From the human T2T-CHM13v2.0 reference genome, Homo sapiens: DNA of 64,000 nucleotides. Each line of letters begins with the position of its first letter. Positions within the stretch are counted from its first letter, which is position 1. The translations under genes were made by a program, and so were the position numbers. The stretch is from NCBI RefSeq assembly GCF_009914755.1, contig NC_060926.1; one strand, given 5' to 3'. Below the pieces are notes generated by a model, which saw only the letters and a list, made by a program, of their open reading frames with translations, was not told where the DNA came from and made no database searches. Below are positions 1 through 12,959 of this stretch, piece by piece.

Positions 1-235
1 TAGAGCAGGTTTGAAACACTCTTTTTGTAGTATCTGGATGTGGACATTTGGAGCGCTTTCAGGCCTATGGTTTAAAAGGAAATATCTTCCCCTGAAAACT
101 AGACAGAAGCATTCTCAGAAACTTATTTGTGATGTGCGCCCTCAACTAACAGTGTTGAACCTTTCTTTTGATAGAGCAGTTTTGAAACACTCTTTTTGTG
201 GAATCTGCAAGTGGATATTTGTCTAGCTTTGAGGA

Positions 236-252
236 TTTCGTTGGAAACGGGA
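236..252 (+). promoter_or_regulatory. CENP-B box (first of roughly 188 expected at one per ~340 bp)
   Basis: TTTCGTTGGAAACGGGA matches the canonical YTTCGTTGGAARCGGGA with all nine core bases. It recurs in every second monomer throughout the window. The count is estimated from 64000/340, not enumerated. Confidence 0.97.
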
Positions 253-1423
253 TTAATTATAAAAAGCAGACAGCAGCATTCCCAGAATCCTGTTTGTGAT
301 GTTTGCATTCAAGTCACAGAGTTGAACATTCCCTTTCAGAGAGCAGGTTTGAAACACTCTTTTTATAGTATCTGGATGTGGACATTTGGAGCGCTTTCAG
401 GCCTATGATGAAAAAGGAAATATCTTCTCCTGAAAACTAGACAGAAGCATTCTCAGAATCTTATTTGTGATGTGCGCCCTCAACTAACAGTGTTGAAGCT
501 TTCTTTTGATAGAGCAGTTTTGAAACACTCTTTTCGTAAAATCTGCAAGAGGATATTTGGATAGCTTTGAGGATTTCGTTGGAAACGGGATTGTCTTCAT
601 ATAAACTCTAGACAGAAGCATTCTCAGAAGCTTCATTGGGATGTTTCAATTGAAGTCACAGTGTTGAACAGTCCCTTTCATAGAGCAGGTTTGAAACACT
701 CCTTTTGTAGTATCTGGAAGTGGACATTTGGAGCGCTCTCAGGACTGCGGTGAAAAAGGAAATATCTTCCAATAAAAGCTAGATAGAAGCAATGTCAGAA
801 ACTTTTTCATGATGTATCTACTCAGCTAACAGAGTTGAACCTTCCTTTGAGAGAGCAGTTTTGAAACACTGTTTTTGTGGAATCTGCAAGTGGATATTTG
901 TCTAGCTTTGAGGATTTCGTTGGAAACGGGATTGTCTTCATATAAACTCTAGACAGAAGCATTCTCAGAAGCTTCATTGGGATGTTTCAATTGAAGTCAC
1001 AGTGTTGAACAGTTCCTTTCATAGAACAGGTTTGAAACACTCTTTTTGTAGTATCTGGAAGTGGACATTTGGAGCGCTCTCAGGACTATGGTGAAAAAGG
1101 AAATATCTTCCAATAAAAGCTACATAGAAGCAATGTCAGAAACTTTTTCATGATGTATCTACTCAGCTAACAGAGTTGAACCTTTCCTTTGAGAGAGCAG
1201 TTTTGAAACACTCTTTTTGTGGAATCTGCAGGTGGATATTTGTCTAGCTTTGAGGATTTCGTTGGAAACGGGATTACATATAAAAAGCAGACAGCAGCAT
1301 TCCCAGTAACTTCTTTGTGATGTTTGCATTCAAGTCACAGAGTTGAACATTGCCTTTCATAGAGCAGGTTTCAAACACTCTTTTTGTAGTATCTGGATGT
1401 GGACATTTGGAGCGCTTTCAGGC

Positions 1424-1440
1424 CTATGGTGAAAAAGGAA
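1424..1440 (+). promoter_or_regulatory. pJalpha box (A-box) of A-type monomer, representative copy
   Basis: CTATGGTGAAAAAGGAA matches the CTAYGGTGRAAAAGGAA pJalpha consensus. It lies about one monomer from the flanking CENP-B boxes (1257, 1595) at the homologous position. Confidence 0.85.
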
Positions 1441-4400
1441 ATATCTTCCCCTGAAAACTAGACAGAAGCATTCTCAGAATCTTATTTGTGATGTGCGCCC
1501 TCAACTAACAGTGTTGAAGCTTTCTTTTGATAGAGCAGTTTTGAAACACTCTTTTTGTAAAATCTGCAAGAGGATATTTGGATAGCTTTGAGGATTTCGT
1601 TGGAAACGGGATTGTCTTCATATAAACTCTAGACAGAAGCATTCTCAGAAGCTTCATTGGGATGTTTCAATTGAAGTCACAGTGTTGAACAGTCCCTTTC
1701 ATAGAGCAGGTTTCAAACACTCTTTTTGTAGTATCTGGATGTGGACATTTGGAGCGCTTTCAGGCCTATGGTTTAAAAGGAAATATCTTCCCCTGAAAAC
1801 TAGACAGAAGCATTCTCAGAAACTTATTTGTGATGTGCGCCCTCAACTAACAGTGTTGAAGCATTCTTTTGATAGAGCAGTTTTGAAACACTCTTTTTGT
1901 GGAATCTGCAAGTGGATATTTGTCTAGCTTTGAGGATTTCGTTGGAAACGGGATTACATATGAAAAGCAGACAGCAGCATTCCCAGAATCTTCTTTGTGA
2001 TGTTTGCATTCAACTCACAGAGTTGAACATTCCCTTTCATAGAGCAGGTTTGAAACACTCTTTTTGTAGTATCTGGATGTGGACATTTGGAGCGCTTTCA
2101 GGCCTATGGTGAAAAAGGAAATATCTTCCCCTGAAAACTAGACAGAAGCATTCTCAGAAACTTATTTGTGATGTGCGCCCTCAACTAACAGTGTTGAAGC
2201 TTTCTTTTGATAGAGCAGTTTGAAACACTCTTTTTGTAATATCTGCAAGAGGATATTTGGATAGCTTTGAGGATTTCGTTGGAAACGGGATTAATTATAA
2301 AAAGCAGACAGCAGCATTCCCAGAATCTTGTTTGTGATGTTTGCATTCAAGTGACAGAGTTGAACATTCCCTTTCAGAGAGCAGGTTTGAAACACTCTTT
2401 TTATAGTATCTGGATGTGGACATTTGGAGCGCTTTCAGGCCTATGGTGAAAAAGGAAATATCTTCTCCTGAAAACTAGACAGAAGCATTCTCAGAATCTT
2501 ATTTGTGATGTGCGCCCTCAACTAACAGTGTTGAAGCTTTCTTTTGATAGAGCAGTTTTGAAACACTCTTTTCGTAAAATCTGCAAGAGGATATTTTGAT
2601 AGCTTTGAGGATTTCGTTGGAAACGGGATTGTCTTCATATAAACTCTAGACAGAAGCATTCTCAGAAGCTTCATTGGGATGTTTCAATTGAAGTCACAGT
2701 GTTGAACAGTCCCTTTCATAGAGCAGGTTTGAAACACTCTTTTTGTAGTATCTGAAGTGGACATTTGGAGAGATCTCAGGAATACGGTGATAAAGGAAAT
2801 ATCTTCCAATAAAAGCTAGATAGAAGCAATGTCAGAAACTTTTTCATGATGTATCTACTCAGCTAACAGAGTTGAACCTTTCTTTTGAGAGAGCAGTTTT
2901 GAAACACTCTTTTTGTGGAATCTGCAAGTGGATATTTGTCTAGCTTTGAGGATTTCGTTGGAAACGGGATTACATATAAAAAGCAGACAGCAGCATTCCC
3001 AGTAACTTCTTTGTGAGGTTTGCATTCAAGTGACAGAGTTGAACATTCCCTTTCATAGAGCAGGTTTGAAACACTCTTTTTGTAGTATCTGGATGCGGAC
3101 ATTTGGAGCGCTTTCAGGCCTATGGTGAAAAGGGAAATATCTTCCAATAAAAGCTACATAGAAGCAATGTCAGAAACTTTTTCATGATGTATCTACTCAG
3201 CTAACAGAGTTGAACCTTTCTTTTGAGAGAGCAGTTTTGAAACACTCTTTTTGTGGAATCTGGAAGTGGATATTTGTCTAGCTTTGAGGATTTCGTTGGA
3301 AACGGGATTACATATAAAAAGCAGACAGCAGCATTCCCAGTAACTTCTTTGTGATGTTCGCATTCAAGTCACAGAGTTGAACATTCCCTTTCATAGAGCA
3401 GGTTTGAAACACTCTTTTTGTAGTATCTGGATGTGGACATTTGGAGCGCTTTCAGGCCTATGGTGAAAAAGGAAATATCTTCCCCTGAAAACTAGACAGA
3501 AGAATTCTCAGAATCTTATTTGTGATGTGCGCCATCAACTAACAGTGTTGAAGCTTTCTTTTGATAGAGCAGTTTTGAAACACTCTTTTTGTAAAATCTG
3601 CAAGAGGATATTTGGATAGCTTTGAGGATTTCGTTGGAAACGGGATTGTCTTCATATAAACTCTAGACAGAAGCATTCTCAGAAGCGTCATTGGGATGTT
3701 TCAATTGAAGTCACAGTGTTGAACATTCCCTTTCATAGAGCAGGTTTGAAACACTCTTTTTGTAGTATCTGGATGTGGACATTTGGAGCGCTTTCAGGCC
3801 TATGGTTTAAAAGGAAATATCTTCCCCTGAAAACTAGACAGAAGCATTCTCAGAAACTTATTTGTGATGTGCGCCCTCAACTAACAGTGTTGAAGCATTC
3901 TTTTGATAGAGCAGTTTTGAAACACTCTTTTTGTGGAATCTGCAAGTGGATATTTGTCTAGCTTTGAGGATTTCGTTGGAAACGGGATTACATATAAAAA
4001 GCAGACAGCAGCATTCCCAGTAACTTCTTTGTGATGTTTGCATTCAAGCCAGAGAGTTGAACATTCCCTTTCATAGAGCAGGTTTGAAACACTCTTTTTG
4101 AAGTATCTGGTTGTGGACATTTGGAGCGCTTTCAGGCCTATGGTGAAAAAGGAAATATCTTCCCCTGAAAACTAGACAGAAGCATTCTCAGAAACTTATT
4201 TGTGATGTGCGCCCTCAACTAACAGTGTTGAACCTTTCTTTTGATAGAGCAGTTTTGAAACACTCTTTTTGTAATATCTGCAAGAGGATATTTGGATAGC
4301 TTTGAGGATTTCGTTGGAAACGGGATTGTCTTCATATAAACTCTAGACAGAAGCATTCTCAGAAGCTTCATTGGGATGTTTCAATTGAAGTCACAGTGTT

Positions 4401-4649
4401 GAACAGTCCCTTTCATAGAGCAGGTTTGAAACACTCTTTTTGTAGTATCTGGAAGTGGACATTTGGAGCGCTCTCAGGACTACGATGATAAAGGAAATAT
4501 CTTCCAATAAAAGCTAGATAGAAGCAATGTCAGAAACTTTTTCATGATGTATCTACTCAGCTAACAGAGTTGAACCTTTCTTTTGAGAGAGCAGTTTTGA
4601 AACACTCTTTTTGTGGAATCTGCAAGTGGATATTTGTCTAGCTTTGAGG

Positions 4650-5328
4650 ATTTCGTTGGAAACGGGATTACATATAAAAAGCAGACAGCAGCATTCCCAG
4701 AATCTTCTTTGTGATGTTTGCATTCAAGTCACAGAGTTGAACATTCCCTTTCATAGAGCAGGTTTGAAACACTCTTTTTGTAGTATCTGGATGTGGACAT
4801 TTGGAGCGCTTTCAGGCCTATGGTGAAAAAGGAAATATCTTCCCCTGAAAACTAGACAGAAGCATTCTCAGAATCTTATTTGTGATGTGCGCCCTCAACT
4901 AACAGTGTTGAAGCTTTCTTTTGATAGAGCAGTTTTGAAACACTCTTTTTGTAAAATCTGCAAGAGGATATTTGGATAGCTTTGAGGATTTCGTTGGAAA
5001 CGGGATTGTCTTCATATAAACTCTAGACAGAAGCATTCTCAGAAGCTTCATTGGGATGTTTCAATTGAAGTCACAGTGTTGAACAGTCCCTTTCATAGAG
5101 CAGGTTTGAAACACTCTTTTTGTAGTATCTGGAAGTGGACATTTGGAGCGCTCTCAGGACTGCGGTGAAAAAGGAAATATCTTCCAATAAAAGCTAGATA
5201 GAAGCAATGTCAGAAACTTTTTCATGATGTATCTACTCAGCTAACAGAGTTGAACCTTCATTTGAGAGAGCAGTTTTGAAACACTCGTTTTGTGGAATCT
5301 GCAAGTGGATATTTGTCTAGCTTTGAGG
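4650..5328 (+). repeat. Representative canonical 4-mer HOR copy (X dimer + Y dimer, box to box)
   Basis: X dimer: box-TTACATATAAAAAGCAG...CCCTGAAAACTAG...GTAAAATCTGCAAGAGG. Y dimer: box-TTGTCTTCATATAAACTCTAGA...CAATAAAAGCTAG...GTGGAATCTGCAAGTGG. ORF offsets 4611->5290 = 679 bp (this copy has a 1-bp deletion). Confidence 0.9.
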
Positions 5329-7599
5329 ATTTCGTTGGAAACGGGATTACATATAAAAAGCAGACAGCAGCATTCCCAGAAACTTCTTTGTGATGTTTGC
5401 ATTCAAGTCACAGAGTTGAACATTCCCTTTCATAGAGCAGGTTTGAAACACTCTTTTTGTAGTGTCTGGATGTGTACATTTGCAGCACTTTCAGGCCTAA
5501 GGTGAAAAAGGAAATATCTTCCCCTGAAAACTAGACAGAAGCATTCTCAGAAACTTATTTGTGATGTGCGCCCTCAACTAACAGTGTTGAAGCTTTCTTT
5601 TGATAGAGCAGTTTTGAAACACTCTTTTTGTAATATCTGCAAGAGGATATTTGGATAGCTTTGAGGATTTCGTTGGAAACGGGTTTGTCTACATATAAAC
5701 TCTAGACAGAAGCATTCTCAGAAGCTTCATTGGGATGTTTCAATTGAAGTCACAGTGTTGAACAGTTCCTTTCATAGAACAGGTTTGAAACACTCTTTTT
5801 GTAGTATCTGGAAGTGGACATTTGGAGCGCTCTCAGGACTATGGTGAAAAAGGAAATATCTTCCAATAAAAGCTACATAGAAGCAATGTCAGAAACTTTT
5901 TCATGATGTATCTACTCAGCTAACAGAGTTGAACCTTTCCTTTGAGAGAGCAGTTTTGAAACACTCTTTTTGTGGAATCTGCAAGTGGATATTTGTCTAG
6001 CTTTGAGGATTTCGTTGGAAACGGGATTACATATAAAAAGCAGACAGCAGCATTCCCAGTAACTTCTTTGTGATGTTTGCATTCAAGTCACAGAGTTGAA
6101 TATTCCCTTTCATAGAGCAGGTTTGAAACACTCTTTTTGTAGTATCTGGATGTGGACATTTGGAGCGCTTTCAGGCCTATGGTGAAAAAGGAAATATCTT
6201 CCCCTGAAAACTAGACAGAAGCATTCTCAGAAACTTATTTGTGATGTGCGCCCTCAACTAACAGTGTTGAACCTTTCTTTTGATAGAGCAGTTTTGAAAC
6301 ACTCTTTTTGTAAAATCTGCAAGAGGATATTTGGATAGCTTTGAGGATTTCGTTGGAAACGGGATTGTCTTCATATAAACTCTAGACAGAAGCATTCTCA
6401 GAAGCTTCATTGGGATGTTTCAATTGAAGTCACAGTGTTGAACAGTCCCTTTCATAGAGCAGGTTTGAAACACTCTTTTTGTAGTATCTGGATGTGGACA
6501 TTTGGAGCGCTTTCAGGCCTATGGTTTAAAAGGAAATATCTTCCCCTGAAAACTAGACAGAAGCATTCTCAGAAACTTATTTGTGATGTGCGCCCTCAAC
6601 TAACAGTGTTGAAGCATTCTTTTGATAGAGCAGTTTTGAAACACTCTTTTTGTGGAATCTGCAAGTGGATATTTGTCTAGCTTTGAGGATTTCGTTGGAA
6701 ACGGGATTAATTATAAAAAGCAGACAGCAGCATTCCCAGAATCCTGTTTGTGATGTTTGCATTCAAGTCACAGAGTTGAACATTCCCTTTCAGAGAGCAG
6801 GTTTGAAACACTCTTTTTATAGTATCTGGATGTGGACATTTGGAGCGCTTTCAGGCCTATGATGAAAAAGGAAATATCTTCTCCTGAAAACTAGACAGAA
6901 GCATTCTCAGAATCTTATTTGTGATGTGCGCCCTCAACTAACAGTGTTGAAGCTTTCTTTTGATAGAGCAGTTTTGAAACACTCTTTTCGTAAAATCTGC
7001 AAGAGGATATTTGGATAGCTTTGAGGATTTCGTTGGAAACGGGATTGTCTTCATATAAACTCTAGACAGAAGCATTCTCAGAAGCTTCATTGGGATGTTT
7101 CAATTGAAGTCACAGTGTTGAACAGTCCCTTTCATAGAGCAGGTTTGAAACACTCTTTTTGTAGTATCTGGAAGTGGACATTTGGAGAGATCTCAGGAAT
7201 ACGGTGATAAAGGTAATATCTTCCAATAAAAGCTAGATAGAAGCAATGTCAGAAACTTTTTCATGATGTATCTACTCAGCTAACAGAGTTGAACCTTTCT
7301 TTTGAGAGAGCAGTTTTGAAACACTCTTTTTGTGGAATCTGCAAGTGGATATTTGTCTAGCTTTGAGGATTTCGTTGGAAACGGGATTACATATAAAAAG
7401 CAGACAGCAGCATTCCCAGTAACTTCTTTGTGATGTTTGCATTCAAGTCACAGAGTTGAACATTCCCTTTCATAGAGCAGGTTTGAAACACTTTTTTTGT
7501 AGTATCTGGATGTGGACATTTGGAGCGCTTTCAGGCCTATGGTGAAAAAGGAAATATCTTCCAATAAAAGCTAGATAGAAGCAATGTCAGAAACTTTTT

Positions 7600-10500
7600 C
7601 ATGATGTATCTACTCAGCTAACAGAGTTGAACCTTTCTTTTGAGAGAGCAGTTTTGAAACACTCTTTTTGTAAAATCTGCAAGAGGATATTTGGATAGCT
7701 TTGAGGATTTCGTTGGAAACGGGATTGTCTTCATATAAACTCTAGACAGAAGCATTCTCAGAAGCGTCATTGGGATGTTTCAATTGAAGTCACAGTGTTG
7801 AACAGTCCCTTTCATAGAGCAGGTTTGAAACACTCTTTTTGTAGTATCTGGATGTGGACATTTGGAGCGCTTTCAGGCCTATGGTTTAAAAGGAAATATC
7901 TTCCCCTGAAAACTAGACAGAAGCATTCTCAGAAACTTATTTGTGATGTGCGCCTTCAACTAACAGTGTTGAAGCATTCTTTTGATAGAGCAGTTTTGAA
8001 ACACTCTTTTTGTGGAATCTGCAAGTGGATATTTGTCTAGCTTTGAGGATTTCGTTGGAAACGGGATTACATATAAAAAGCAGACAGCAGCATTCCCAGA
8101 AACTTCTTTGTGATGTTTGCATTCAAGTCACAGAGTTGAACATTCCCTTTCAGAGAGCAGGTTTGAAACACTCTTTTTGTAGTATCTGGATGTGGACATT
8201 TGGAGCGCTTTCAGCCCTATGGTGAAAAAGGAAATATCTTCCCCTGAAAACTAGACAGAAGCATTCTCAGAATCTTATTTGTGATGTGCGCCCTCAACTA
8301 ACAGTGTTGAAGCTTTCTTTTGATAGAGCAGTTTTGAAACACTCTTTTTGTAAAATCTGCAAGAGGATATTTGGATAGCTTTGAGGATTTCGTTGGAAAC
8401 GGGATTGTCTTCATATAAACTCTAGACAGAAGCATTCTCAGAAGCTTCATTGGGATGTTTCAATTGAAGTCACAGTGTTGAACAGTCCCTTTCATAGAGC
8501 AGGTTTGAAACACTCTTTTTGTAGTATCTGGAAGTGGACATTTGGAGCGCTCTCAGGACTGCGGTGAAAAAGGAACTATCTTCCAATAAAAGCTAGATAG
8601 AAGCAATGTCAGAAACTTTTTCATGATGTATCTACTCAGCTAACAGAGTTGAACCTTCCTTTGAGAGAGCAGTTTTGAAACACTCTTTTTGTGGAATCTG
8701 CAAGTGGATATTTGTCTAGCTTTGAGGATTTCGTTGGAAACGGGATTACATATAAAAAGCAGACAGCAGCATTCCCAGAAACTTCTTTGTGATGTTTGCA
8801 TTCAAGTCACAGAGTTGAACATTCCCTTTCATAGAGCAGGTTTGAAACACTCTTTTTGTAGTATCTGGATGTGGACATTTGCAGCGCTTTCAGGCCTAAG
8901 GTGAAAAAGGATATATCTTCCCCTGAAAACTAGACAGAAGCATTCTCAGAAACTTATTTGTGATGTGCGCCCTCAACTAACAGTGTTGAAGCTTTCTTTT
9001 GATAGAGCAGTTTTGAAACACTCTTTTTGTAATATCTGCAAGAGGATATTTGGATAGCTTTGAGGATTTCGTTGGAAACGGGATTGTCTTCATATAAACT
9101 CTAGGCAGAAGCATTCTCAGAAGCTTCATTGGGATGTTTCAATTGAAGTCACAGTGTTGAACAGTTCCTTTCATAGAACAGGTTTGAAACACTCTTTTTG
9201 TAGTATCTGGAAGTGGACATTTGGAGCGCTCTCAGGACTACGGTGAAAATGGAAATACCTTCCAATAAAAGCTACATAGAAGCAATGTCAGAAACTTTTT
9301 CATGATGTATCTACTCAGCTAACAGAGTTGAACCTTTCCTTTGAGAGAGCAGTTTTGAAACACTCTTTTTGTGGAATCTGCAAGTGGATATTTGTCTAGC
9401 TTTGAGGATTTCGTTGGAAACGGGATTACATATAAAAAGCAGACAGCAGCATTCCCAGAATCTTCTTTGTGATGTTTGCATTCAAGTCACAGAGTTGAAC
9501 ATTCCCTTTCATAGAGCAGGTTTGAAACACTCTTTTTGTAGTATCTGGATGTGGACATTTGGAGCGCTTTCAGGCCTATGGTGAAAAAGGAAATATCTTC
9601 CCCTGAAAAGTAGACAGAAGCATTCTCAGAATCTTATTTGTGATGTGCGCCCTCAACTAACAGTGTTGAAGCTTTCTTTTGATAGAGCAGTTTTGAAACA
9701 CTCTTTTTGTAAAATCTGCAAGAGGATATTTGGATAGCTTTGAGGATTTCGTTGGAAACGGGATTGTCTTCATATAAACTCTAGACAGAAGCATTCTCAG
9801 AAGCTTCATTGGGATGTTTCAATTGAAGTCACAGTGTTGAACAGTCCCTTTCATAGAGCAGGTTTGAAACACTCTTTTTGTAGTATCTGGAAGTGGACAT
9901 TTGGAACGCTCTCAGGACTGCGGTGAAAAAGGAAATATCTTCCAATAAAAGCTAGATAGAAGCAATGTCAGAAACTTTTTCATGATGTATCTACTCAGCT
10001 AACAGAGTTGAACCTTTCTTTTGAGAGAGCAGTTTTGAAACACTCGTTTTGTGGAATCTGCAAGTGGATATTTGTCTAGCTTTGAGGATTTCGTTGGAAA
10101 CGGGATTACATATAAAAAGCAGACAGCAGCATTCCCAGAAACTTCTTTGTGATGTTTGCATTCAAGTCACAGAGTTGAACATTCCCTTTCATAGAGCAGG
10201 TTTGAAACACTCTTTTTGTAGTATCTGGATGTGGACATTTGCAGCGTTTTCAGGCCTAAGGTGAAAAAGGAAATATCTCCCCCTGAAAACTAGACAGAAG
10301 CATTCTCAGAAACTTATTTGTGATGTGCGCCCTCAACTAACAGTGTTGAAGCTTTCTTTTGATAGAGCAGTTTTGAAACACTCTTTTTGTAAAATCTGCA
10401 AGAGGATATTTGGATAGCTTTGAGGATTTCGTTGGAAACGGGATTGTCTTCATAAAAACTCTAGACAGAAGCATTCTCAGAAGCTTCATTGGGATGTTTC

Positions 10501-12200
10501 AATTGAAGTCACAGTGTTGAACAGTCCCTTTCATAGAGCAGGTTTGAAACACTCTTTTTGTAGTATCTGGAAGTGGACATTTGGAACGCTCTCAGGACTG
10601 CGGTGAAAAAGGAAATATCTTCCAATAAAAGCTACATAGAAGCAATGTCAGAAACTTTTTCATGATGTATCTACTCAGCTAACAGAGTTGAACCTTTCTT
10701 TTGAGAGAGCAGTTTTGAAACACTCTTTTTGTAAAATCTGCAAGAGGATATTTGGATAGCTTTGAGGATTTCGTTGGAAACGGGATTGTCTGCATATAAA
10801 CTCTAAACAGAAGCATTCTCAGAAGCGTCATTGGGATGTTTCAATTGAAGTCACAGTGTTGAACAGTCCCTTTCATAGAGCAGGTTTGAAACACTCTTTT
10901 TGTAGTATCTGGATGTGGACATTTGGAGCGCTTTCAGGCCTATGGTTTAAAAGGAAATATCTTCCCCTGAAAACTAGACAGAAGCATTCTCAGAAACTTA
11001 TTTGTGATGTGCGCCTTCAACTAACAGTGTTGAAGCATTCTTTTGATAGTGCAGTTTTGAAACACTCTTTTTGTGGAACCTGCAAGTGGATATTTGTCTA
11101 GCTTTGAGGATTTCGTTGGAAACGGGATTACATATAAAAAGCAGACAGCAGCATTCCCAGAAACTTCTTTGTGATGTTTGCATTCAAGTCACAGAGTTGA
11201 ACATTCCCTTTCATAGAGCAGGTTTGAAACACTCTTTTTGTAGTATCTGGATGTGGACATTTGGAGCGCTTTCAGCCCTATGGTGAAAAAGGAAATATCT
11301 TCCCCTGAAAACTAGACAGAAGCATTCTCAGAATCTTATTTGTGATGTGCGCCCTCAACTAACAGTGTTGAAGCTTTCTTTTGATAGAGCAGTTTTGAAA
11401 CACTCTTTTTGTAAAATCTGCAAGAGGATATTTGGATAGCTTTGAGGATTTCGTTGGAAACGGGATTGTCTTCATATAAACTCTAGACAGAAGCATTCTC
11501 AGAAGCTTCATTGGGATGTTTCAATTGAAGTCACAGTGTTGAACAGTCCCTTTCATAGAGCAGGTTTGAAACACTCTTTTTGTAGTATCTGGAAGTGGAC
11601 ATTTGGAGCGCTCTCAGGACTGCGGTGAAAAAGGAACTATCTTCCAATAAAAGCTAGATAGAAGCAATGTCAGAAACTTTTTCATGATGTATCTACTCAG
11701 CTAACAGAGTTGAACCTTCCTTTGAGAGAGCAGTTTTGAAACACTCTTTTTGTGGAATCTGCAAGTGGATATTTGTCTAGCTTTGAGGATTTCGTTGGAA
11801 ACGGGATTACATATAAAAAGCAGACAGCAGCATTCCCAGAAACTTCTTTGTGATGTTTGCATTCAAGTCACAGAGTTGAACATTCCCTTTCATAGAGCAG
11901 GTTTGAAACACTCTTTTTGTAGTATCTGGATGTGGACATTTGCAGCGCTTTCAGGCCTAAGGTGAAAAAGGAAATATCTTCCCCTGAAAACTAGACAGAA
12001 GCATTCTCAGAAACTTATTTGTGATGTGCGCCCTCAACTAACAGTGTTGAAGCTTTCTTTTGATAGAGCAGTTTTGAAACACTCTTTTTGTAATATCTGC
12101 AAGAGGATATTTGGATAGCTTTGAGGATTTCGTTGGAAACGGGATTGTCTTCATATAAACTCTAGACAGAAGCATTCTCAGAAGCTTCATTGGGATGTTT
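7600..12200 (+). repeat. Block repeated at a 3061-bp (18-monomer) offset
   Basis: ORF variants 7795/10856, 8010/11071 and 8689/11750 are all offset by 3061. The markers CGCCTTC, TCAGCCCTA, GGAACTATC and TTGCAGCG occur in the same order in both copies. Confidence 0.7.
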
Positions 12201-12959
12201 CAATTGAAGTCACAGTGTTGAACAGTCCCTTTCATAGAGCAGGTTTCAAACACTCTTTTTGTAGTATCTGGATGTGGACATTTGGAGCGCTTTCAGGCCT
12301 ATGGTTTAAAAGGAAATATCTTCCCCTGAAAACTAGACAGAAGCATTCTCAGAAACTTATTTGTGATGTGCGCCCTCAACTAACAGTGTTGAAGCATTCT
12401 TTTGATAGAGCAGTTTTGAAACACTCTTTTTGTGGAATCTGCAAGTGGATATTTGTCTAGCTTTGAGGATTTCGTTGGAAACGGGATTACATATGAAAAG
12501 CAGACAGCAGCATTCCCAGAAACTTCTTTGTGATGTTTGCATTCAACTCACAGAGTTGAACATTCCCTTTCATAGAGCAGGTTTGAAACACTCTTTTTGT
12601 AGTATCTGGATGTGGACATTTGGAGCGCTTTCAGGCCTATGGTGAAAAAGGAAATATCTTCCCCTGAAAACTAGACAGAAGCATTCTCAGAAACTTATTT
12701 GTGATGTGCGCCCTCAACTAACAGTGTTGAAGCTTTCTTTTGATAGAGCAGTTTTGAAACACTCTTTTTGTAATATCTGCAAGAGGATATTTGGATAGCT
12801 TTGAGGATTTCGTTGGAAACGGGATTAATTATAAAAAGCAGACAGCAGCATTCCCAGAATCTTGTTTGTGATGTTTGCATTCAAGTGACAGAGTTGAACA
12901 TTCCCTTTCAGAGAGCAGGTTTGAAACACTCTTTTTATAGTATCTGGATGTGGACATTT

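Noticed and set aside
621-629. TTCN3GAA STAT/GAS-like and HSE-like motifs (TTCTCAGAA, TTCCCAGAA)
   Set aside because: These are part of the general alphoid consensus, the spacing does not fit a proper heat-shock element, and sequence alone gives no evidence of function.
771-776. AATAAA polyadenylation-like signal in Q monomers
   Set aside because: Expected by chance in an AT-rich satellite, with no associated transcription unit visible.
2215-2225. 1-bp deletion in GCAGTTTGAAAC (337-bp dimer)
   Set aside because: A singleton homopolymer-length change that cannot be distinguished from sequencing error.
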